A stretch of DNA of 64,000 bases from Octopus vulgaris (lineage: Eukaryota). The DNA is taken from NCBI GenBank assembly GCA_951406725.2, contig OX597825.1:9920001-9984000 (forward strand). Reading direction: 5' to 3'. Positions 55,268 to 64,000 of this stretch are shown in pieces; position 1 is the first letter of the stretch; each line of letters opens with the position of its first letter. The notes under the pieces are model-generated. The model worked only from the letters and a program-made list of their open reading frames with translations. It was not told where the DNA came from and made no database searches. The position numbers and the translations under genes are program-made.

Positions 55268-55732
55268 CTGTTTTTCTCCTCAGAACTTTCGGTCTTGCTT
55301 GTTCTGGCAGATTCTATGAGAGCAGACATCAACCTGCTGTCAGAGGTCTCACATGGTCTCTTTCCGCACATTATAAACCTTGATGCTTGATTGTTAATTA
55401 TCGAGGAAGACACTCAACATCCAAGTACCAATCTGAAAATCCTAGCTGTCCATAGCAGAGCAGTTTTGGGGGGCTTGCTCTGTTCTCATGTCCATTCCGA
55501 TTTCTTTGACATATTTCTCGAACTTTGTTGTTAGTGCTCCGACTGCCCCTACAGCTACTAGAACGATAGACACTCTCCTCATAGTCTATATTCTTGCAAT
55601 TTCGTCTTTTAGTAGTCTGTACTTTTCAGTCTTCTCTAGTTCTTTGTCACTTATGTGTGCATCTCCAGGTATTGTAATATCTATGATCTTGGTTTCTTTT
55701 TTTCTTTTATATACCACAACAATATCTGGTCT
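55268..55732 (-). mobile_element. R4/Dong-clade fragment with the restriction-like endonuclease motif
   Basis: NRPDIVVVYKRKKETKIIDITIPGD...KELEKTEKYRLLKDEIARI*...VGAVGALT. Confidence 0.8.
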
Positions 55733-55749
55733 ATTATTATTATTATTAA

Positions 55750-56245
55750 CCGGGAAGGAAAGGCTGTTTTTATATGCCTGGTGGCCATGGCGAAAGAGAT
55801 TGTATGATGGACGAGATTGAAGGGGCTGAAGACAAACACTTTTCTCTTGGGCCAATCCCTAATCAACTTCAAGGACCTTTGAAAATGAAAATAAGGAAAA
55901 AGGGGGGAAGTGTTGTCTTTTAGCCAGTTTGGTGAAAGGGGAAATGAAAGTGGCGAGAATGGTGCGAGTGAACGGGCCTGCCCTGAGCATACGCCTGTAG
56001 TTGGAAAAAAGGTACCTGCCCCAAATGTCAGGGTACCAATGGCTTTTAATGGGGTTTTTTTTCCTTGAGCAGCCCTCGAACGTCTCCTCCCCATGAAGGA
56101 TCATATATTGTTAATTTTAAAAAAATTTGTTAGTCTTCTATACACGCAAAACCCTCACAACAAACACTCACACACACAAATTCTTTGTTTTGTCTTGTAC
56201 AGTCCATAATGTTTTTCTTAATTAAAACGTTTGTGGTTAATAAAG

Positions 56246-56250
<5 letters not shown>
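55750..56250 (+). mobile_element. Possible L1/Tx1-type 3' end
   Basis: VAMAKEIV*WTRLKGLKTNTF...VARMVRVNGPALSIRL*, ending AATAAAGAA-(ATC)n. Confidence 0.4.
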
Positions 56251-56340
<90 letters not shown>

Positions 56341-56442
56341 CATCATTATTATTGTTATCATTATTATTATTATCATTATTATTGTTATCATTATTATTAT
56401 TATTATCATTATTATTGTTATTATTATTATTATTATTTATTA

Positions 56443-56476
<34 letters not shown>

Positions 56477-56652
56477 CATTATTATTATTATTATTATCAT
56501 TATTATTATTATTATCATTATTATTATTGTTATTATCATTATTATTATTATTATCATTATTATTGTTATCATTATTATTATTATTATCATTATTATTGTT
56601 ATCATTATTATTATTATTATTATTATTATTGTTATTATCATTATTATTATTA

Positions 56653-56689
<37 letters not shown>

Positions 56690-56897
56690 CATTATTATTA
56701 TTATTATTATCATTATTATTATTATTATCATTATTATTGTTATCATTATTATTATTATTATCATTATTATTGTTATCATTATTATTATTATTATCATTAT
56801 TATTGTTATTATTATTATTATTATTATTATCATCATTATTATTATCATTATTATTGTTATCATTATTATTATTATTATTATCATCGCCATTATTATT
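56250..56897. repeat. 650-bp compound (ATT/ATC/GTT)n microsatellite
   Basis: Read directly; the block TATTGTTATCAT(TAT)n recurs. Confidence 0.95.
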
Positions 56898-57086
56898 AAC
56901 TTTTAATCTCTTTCAACCAAGATTTTGCTGTTGACTGCTGGCTATTAATAGTCTATGCAAGCTATTATTAGATTTGGCTAAATGTTCAATGTTAACAGTT
57001 AAATATTGATTTCCGATATAAGTAAATGCCTCGAAATTCAGGAGAGGCGAATATTTTATTAAACGGATTCTGTACTTGTCTCCTAC

Positions 57087-57138
<52 letters not shown>

Positions 57139-57813
57139 GTTATTATTATTGTTATTATTATTATTATTGTTATTATTATTGTTGTTGTTATTATTTCAAT
57201 TTCGTTTCCATTTCTTGCCGAGTGTTTTTTCCGAGACCTCGGACAAAGAATCTCACTGTACGCATTGGTAGGCCATTAAGATAAACAAACCACATTATTA
57301 GTTTACACAGACAAGTTATGGGATAAAAAGAAAGGGGAAAAGGGAAAGAAAAAAGTAAAAAAAAGAGAGATAATAGAAGAAAAGAAATAATAAAAAAGAA
57401 AAGAAAAAGATAAGGGGAAAACAGGAAAGAAAATTCACAGCCGATGATGCTCTTCTCAATACGTGTGACGTAACAGTTAAGACAATCTTTTGCATTTTTT
57501 TACATGGATGGTAAGCCAGGGATCAGTCTCAAATAATGTTTAGTTCCTTTATAATCATCATCATTATTATTATTATTACTTTTTTTTCTTCTTTCAAATT
57601 TGCTTCCATTTCTTGCCGGGTGTCTTCCCGACTCCTAGGGCAAAGAAACTCATAGTATACATTAGTAGGCCATTAAACCAAACTCAGTAGTTCGTTCATT
57701 TTTTTTTAAAGTTAAATTAAAATACATGAGCAGCAACAGTTCTCACATCGACAATGCTCTTCTCAATACGTGTGATGTACCAGTTAAGACAATCTTTTGC
57801 ACTTCTTGCAGGG

Positions 57814-57863
<50 letters not shown>

Positions 57864-58779
57864 ACGCAAGCAAAATCATTAGCACGCCAACTAAAATGCT
57901 TAGCGGCTTCGAAACGTGGAGTAGCCGAAACAGGGACAACTGAAGAAGAGGAATATTCCTTGTGTTGTATGTCTTGTATTCTGTTTTTTTTTTTCGTTGT
58001 TTGAAAAAAATGTCCGCTTCTATGTTTTGCTTTCATGTTTTCGTTTCTTATTGTGTTCAACGTTTTTTTGGTATCCTGTACCCATATATGCATGTATATA
58101 TACGTATAGATCTAGGTATGTACATATATGTATGTATATATGCATATGTTTATATGTTATTATATGATCGAACGCCACGCATCCACTTCTAAGTAAGTTT
58201 TATATATATATATATATTATCCGAACTGTACAGTATTATGTATCCACTACGGCCGATCTTACAAATCAGTTTTGCGCTAGGGATTCACCGGAGTGTCAGG
58301 TAACAATCCTATTACGTAGCGCTACGCTCATCAGAGGTAGCCGTTATTGAATGAAATATGGTAACATAAAATTTAACGCATTTTCAACACTTTCTTTTAT
58401 TTTTCATACATACATGCATACAGACTACCCTCCACAAACACACAGACATATGAAAAGATGTGTAAAGTTAGTGTTTCAATGTGTCGTATTCTGTTTTAGA
58501 GGCGGGGTCTGATAGAGTATGTTTTTATAGTGTTCAAGAGAGTGAAAGAAGCCCGAGGAAAGGGGTAAAGTTACAAGAAAAGGAAAAAATAAAATATAAA
58601 AATGATGTTACGACAAGCATATAAAAGTGATTGTAAAATATTATGTGACGAAATATTTTATAGAAATTTATGAATATATTTGGAATGATATCCGCCAAGG
58701 GCTTTCATGTCAATAGATGAGTAACATGAGAGGTATGTTTCTTGTATATAGTTATATAGCATGTGTAATTACAGTAATT

Positions 58780-60285
58780 AGATAATTAACGATGTAGCAC
58801 TTCAGAGATTTTCAAGGAAAATTATTGAGTTTCTAAAAAGATATATGCTACAAAATTTTTCCAACATATTTTTAGAGACATAAATGATGGAGGTTTAAAA
58901 TATATGTGTGCTTGTATCAGGTGTGTTTATATTTCATATTCCACACATAATTTAAGAAATTAGTGTCAGAGCTTCTGACCGAGTTTCTAAAATGGTTTGT
59001 GTATTGGTCATACCTTAATTTAAATAGTTTGGTAGTTAAACCGATGTGCTGCTTAACTTGCCAAATTTATTGGTGACATAAAAACCGTAGAATTTACCAG
59101 AGATTAGCAATTCAAAGAATATGCACCAGAGTTTATCCATTCCAATGATTGAATAATATTAACGGTAGCAGTAAGTGCGAAGCTTCTGCTGCTAATATTT
59201 CGCAACTTTACTTACAGTAAAATAGTTGACTTTAATATTGTTATGCTCAAAGATTTTTCAATATTTCTGATGACTAAAGAAATGTATATGTACAAAGTTA
59301 AACAATTTAAAATATACGATTCAAGATTGAAATAAAAATTGTCATATACATACGTACGTACATATATACATACATGCATACATACACAAACCTTAAATCC
59401 TTTAAAATATTTCAGCCCGAAAGCTGCGGTTATGCTGGGGCACCACCGTTGAATGAGCTACACTAGTATGTGAAACCACCAAGATGATGTCAAGTGTGTC
59501 CATATGTTGTCTAATTAGAGCATATGAACGGAAGAATTCGCGTTTCTTCCGCTCTATCTGGGCGGTGGTCCTGGAGAAATCATTACTTTTAAGTGTCGCT
59601 GCAATGATGTGGTTTGCTTTGTATATATGCATGTATTCATTTTTTTTATCTAGTAAGTTACTTATAATTTTGTTTAATTTTTCCTAATCTTAAAACCCAC
59701 TTCGTTATAAGGCTTCATTACAATAATATATTACATATTTTAATGAATTTTCTCCTTCGAGATGCGCCTCAGTCATAGACCAATGCCTCAGGATAAATGC
59801 TTAGAGTTATTCAAATTCTTATAGATATAAGTTAACATATCATTAGGTTTTTCTGTTTAGTGAGGTAAAACCAAGAAAATAAACTATTCTGAGATAAGCA
59901 TCGTCTATGATTTTGAAGTTCAAATCTTTAAATAATTTAATAGGATTTTTCTAAAATTTACTTACTTTATTATTCATATTACGTAACATAAAATTGCTAT
60001 CATTGTGGTACAACCAATATTGGAAGAAATTATATTTAATGTATATAACCTATGATATATAGACAGATTAATTCTACGAATTTCTGGCAAACCTTTGACC
60101 TCATGCTAATCATCAAAGGAAGAGTTGCTATTCTTCTTTTCCCACATACTGTTGTCAAATGGTAATGGCAATTCTCTTTTCTGCATAATGATTTTAATGT
60201 CGGATCCACTCAGAGGAATGTGGTTTGTGCGAGTATGGCTTTGGTAATTGGCGAATAATAACCTCCGATATCAAACTGGGTAACA
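58780..60285 (-). mobile_element. Second decayed Penelope-like element (RT + GIY-YIG)
   Basis: Minus strand [68 protein letters not shown], and KQHIGLTTKLFKLRYDQY (YIG-type motif). Confidence 0.7.
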
Positions 60286-60300
60286 TACATATATATATAC

Positions 60301-60337
<37 letters not shown>

Positions 60338-60364
60338 TACATATATGTATGTATGCATACATAC

Positions 60365-60398
<34 letters not shown>

Positions 60399-60627
60399 CT
60401 TTATATATATATATTTATATATGAGTGTATATATACATATACATACAAATATATATATATAAATATATATGTATGTATATGTGTGTATGTATGCATGTGT
60501 GTATATGTGCATGTGTGTGTGTATGAGCAAGGAGATAGAGTGAAAGACAAAAGAAAAAGAAAAGTCAAAGTGAAAGAATAGGGGGGTGCATACAGTTAAC
60601 AAAAGAAACACTATATGCATGCGTGAT

Positions 60628-60666
<39 letters not shown>

Positions 60667-61301
60667 TGCTCTGCACGTATGTACAATTGTGTGCGTGGAA
60701 AAGATAGAAATTGCAAAGTAACGTAAATTAGATGAGAAAATAGAAATAAAACCATTCACGTTAGCAAACTGAAAAGCTTAGTGGGTCCATGTTGCTTTTT
60801 CACAGTTAGAGCTGATGTAATTCGATTGAGGTCAATCTCTTTCTGCAGAATATCCGAGAAATTAGTTCTGAAGGACAGCAATTATTTGAAATTCGAATCA
60901 TTTTGTTCGAGCTTTGACAGCCATATTGTTAATGAGAGTTTCTCCGGGAAAGCATTAAATATTTCCCTACACTTGAAAACACATGTATGCACACATTCAC
61001 CCGTATGCATAGATATACATGCCTGTATATATGCACACGCATATGTGTGTTTATATGTGTGTGTGTGTGTGTGTTTATGTGTGCGTGTGTATGTATATAT
61101 GTGTATGTATATGTATATATATATGTATGTATATATACATATATATGTATATATATATGTGTATGTATATATATATGAGTATGTATTTATATATATGTAT
61201 GTATATATGTATATATATGTGTATATATATATATATGTATATATATATATGTATGTATATATATATGTATATATATATATGTATGTATATATGTATATAT
61301 G

Positions 61302-61335
<34 letters not shown>

Positions 61336-61489
61336 GACACATATATATATATATATATACACACACACATATATATATATATACATATACATATAGTTGA
61401 AATTTATACACGAAGACAGGTGTAAGAGGAAATAAACACAGAATGGAAAAAGTATAGAGTCCAGCATGCGCTGAACTCAAGCGCTTCTT

Positions 61490-61651
61490 CCTTCTCTCTC
61501 TCTTTCTCTCTGTTTATTTCCTCTTATTGCTTTCTGTTAAAGAGCGTAGGCTGGAAACGTAATACCTTTCTCCATTTTTCCCGAGTATCAAACTAATACA
61601 CTTGCTTGTTGTTCATACACCTATCTTCGTCTATTGGTTTTCTATAAATTT

Positions 61652-61718
<67 letters not shown>

Positions 61719-62000
61719 ACAGAAAGGAGGAATTTCGATTATCCCCACGTGGTAGGTTGTAATGTATATATGAAATTAAAAAAGGAAAATACGCACACTT
61801 ACATAGTTTTAATATATCGACCGGTTTCGGTATCGCTATTCATGATATATTTTACTTATTTGAATATGTATTTTTTCTTAAGAAGAAATTTTGTCCATGT
61901 TGTATTAGCTTAATGCTCGAGAAAATGAAAAAGTCTTTTACGTTTCGAGCCTACGCTCCCCATCAGAAAGGAATAAGAGAAAATATACAGAGAGAATGAA
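61490..62000. mobile_element. Inverted pair of pLTR-type repeats with hammerhead-like cores
   Basis: CTTT-CTGTTAA-A-GAGC-gtag-GCTG-GAAAC-GTA (61530-61565, +) and CTTT-CTGATGG-G-GAGC-gtag-GCTC-GAAAC-GTA-AAAG (61935-61970, -). Confidence 0.6.
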
Positions 62001-62564
62001 AAAATAATTGTAGATTTCATCGGTCCAGTTGAAATACTGGAATTATTTAGATATCGTTATCTGTCAAATTAAACAAACACTGAGTTACTATTACTAAACG
62101 ACTGAAATTGCTTTTAATGTTATCGATTCTCAAGTGATAAATGAAATTAATCGATAGAACATATATTTGTGAGCGAAATAAAATCGTTTCTATATGTTAA
62201 TATGCATCTTATATTCGATGTTCTTGTCACGTTAAATGAAAATGTGTGCAAAATATGTGAAACTGTCTTGCAGATGAAAGTCAGACAACCTTGAATCATG
62301 TTGTTACGTGTTCGAAACAATTCGAAATATTCTTTGTTGCGAACCTGCATCTCATAGCTAATGGGTTTCTTTTTGTTTCCTATATAAATATAAGATCGAA
62401 TGATTAATTTCTTTTATTGCTAAGGAATTGGTATAACATGATAAAACATGCTACCTTAAGTCACAATTTGTAAAGTTTCAGCAGCAAATTAGCACTAATT
62501 AATTACTCTACTTCATTATTTTGAATACTTCTTTTCTGCATAATTTATATGGTTGTGTATTTCC

Positions 62565-62632
<68 letters not shown>

Positions 62633-63488
62633 GATAGATAGATAGATATAAATATATAAATATATATTTAAATATGTATATGTATGTATGTATGTAAGCA
62701 TGTATGTATATGTATATATTTACAATGTTAGTTGTTACAAGTTGTGTGGTGGGTTATACCATAGAGTATTTCTTTTCTGAGTGATTTATTTTGACGGGGA
62801 GAGGTTCACTACGTAGCAGTGCCTCTCTGCAGTAATCTGCAACGCTGATAAAATAGGCTTCACTTTAAAGTAATGCAGATTCATACACACACACACACCA
62901 CACATACATATACGCACGCACACGCACACACACACGCGTTCAATGTTGAACTAGTGGAAGAAAGTACACCCGATGTCATATAAGAGATTAATACTATTTA
63001 TACTTTATTCGAGCTAGTCTCTAGTTGCTCTCGCCGATAGGTACACACGGGCTTCAAGCAAGTCACTACCTTTGCTTGATGACCCTCTGCGCCTGCAGGC
63101 AAAACTCGGAGTAGCAACAGATTGAATCAACCAATGTATATGTGTATATGTGTGTGTGTATTCATGTACGAATACATACACACACATTTATATATTATAT
63201 ACACACGCACGTATAAGAAAAAAAATCACGTTAAAAAAGGAATTATGAATTTACCAGAATAAAGAAATCTATTTTTCCCAATATTTTCTGAACTAGGTTA
63301 TGGTATAATCAATAAAAAGAAGTCGAAGAAAATCACTGATGCCCAACACCAATCACAGAGTCTGTCAGATCTATAGGCATGGATTTATTCAACATCTAGG
63401 AAGCCACACACACACGCACGCACAAATATGGTAGTGTATAAATAATCAAGTACGTATATACACATGTCTTTCATATATATACATATAC

Positions 63489-63551
<63 letters not shown>

Positions 63552-63662
63552 CATACATATATACATACATATATATATACATATATATATATATGTGATC
63601 ATATATACATGTACATATATATATGTATGTATGTATGTATATATTAAATATATATTGATATG

Positions 63663-63696
<34 letters not shown>

Positions 63697-63797
63697 TACA
63701 TAAATATGTGTATATATGAATATATGTACGTATATATGCATATACATCATATGCACACACATACATGTGTATCAATATGTATGTATGTATATATATG

Positions 63798-63828
<31 letters not shown>

Positions 63829-63874
63829 CTATACTTATGCAGATATATGTATTTATGCATTCATGTATGTGTTC

Positions 63875-63939
<65 letters not shown>

Positions 63940-64000
63940 ATTGTGCATAAACGTTTTGGTAAAATAGCAATTTATAAAGATGCATATATACATATATATA

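Overview
This is AT-rich, microsatellite-saturated eukaryotic DNA with no recognisable intact host protein-coding gene. Almost every ORF in the supplied track is a microsatellite artefact. The tRNA-derived SINE families, RTE LINE tails and (TA)n/(CA)n/(AAT)n density point to a coleoid cephalopod, probably Octopus (inferred from recalled repeat families, not searched). Recognisable mobile DNA comprises mariner and maT-like transposons, TTAA-flanked piggyBac-like MITEs, a Helitron fragment, a Helentron-type non-autonomous element, RTE, L1/Tx1, HERO/NeSL-like and R4/Dong non-LTR fragments, and two decayed Penelope-like elements (RT + GIY-YIG). The most interesting signal is a dense set of minimal type-I hammerhead ribozyme motifs from several unrelated families, often in inverted pairs. 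It includes a tRNA-headed SINE-like element with a hammerhead in its tail (27424-28222) and a TSD-flanked palindromic mini-element (28921-29464). Also notable are strand-consistent R4/Dong insertions in (AAT)n tracts, a 52-bp minisatellite built of STAT/ETS/kappaB-like motifs, and several long near-perfect hairpins. All identifications were made by eye; boundaries of decayed elements are approximate.
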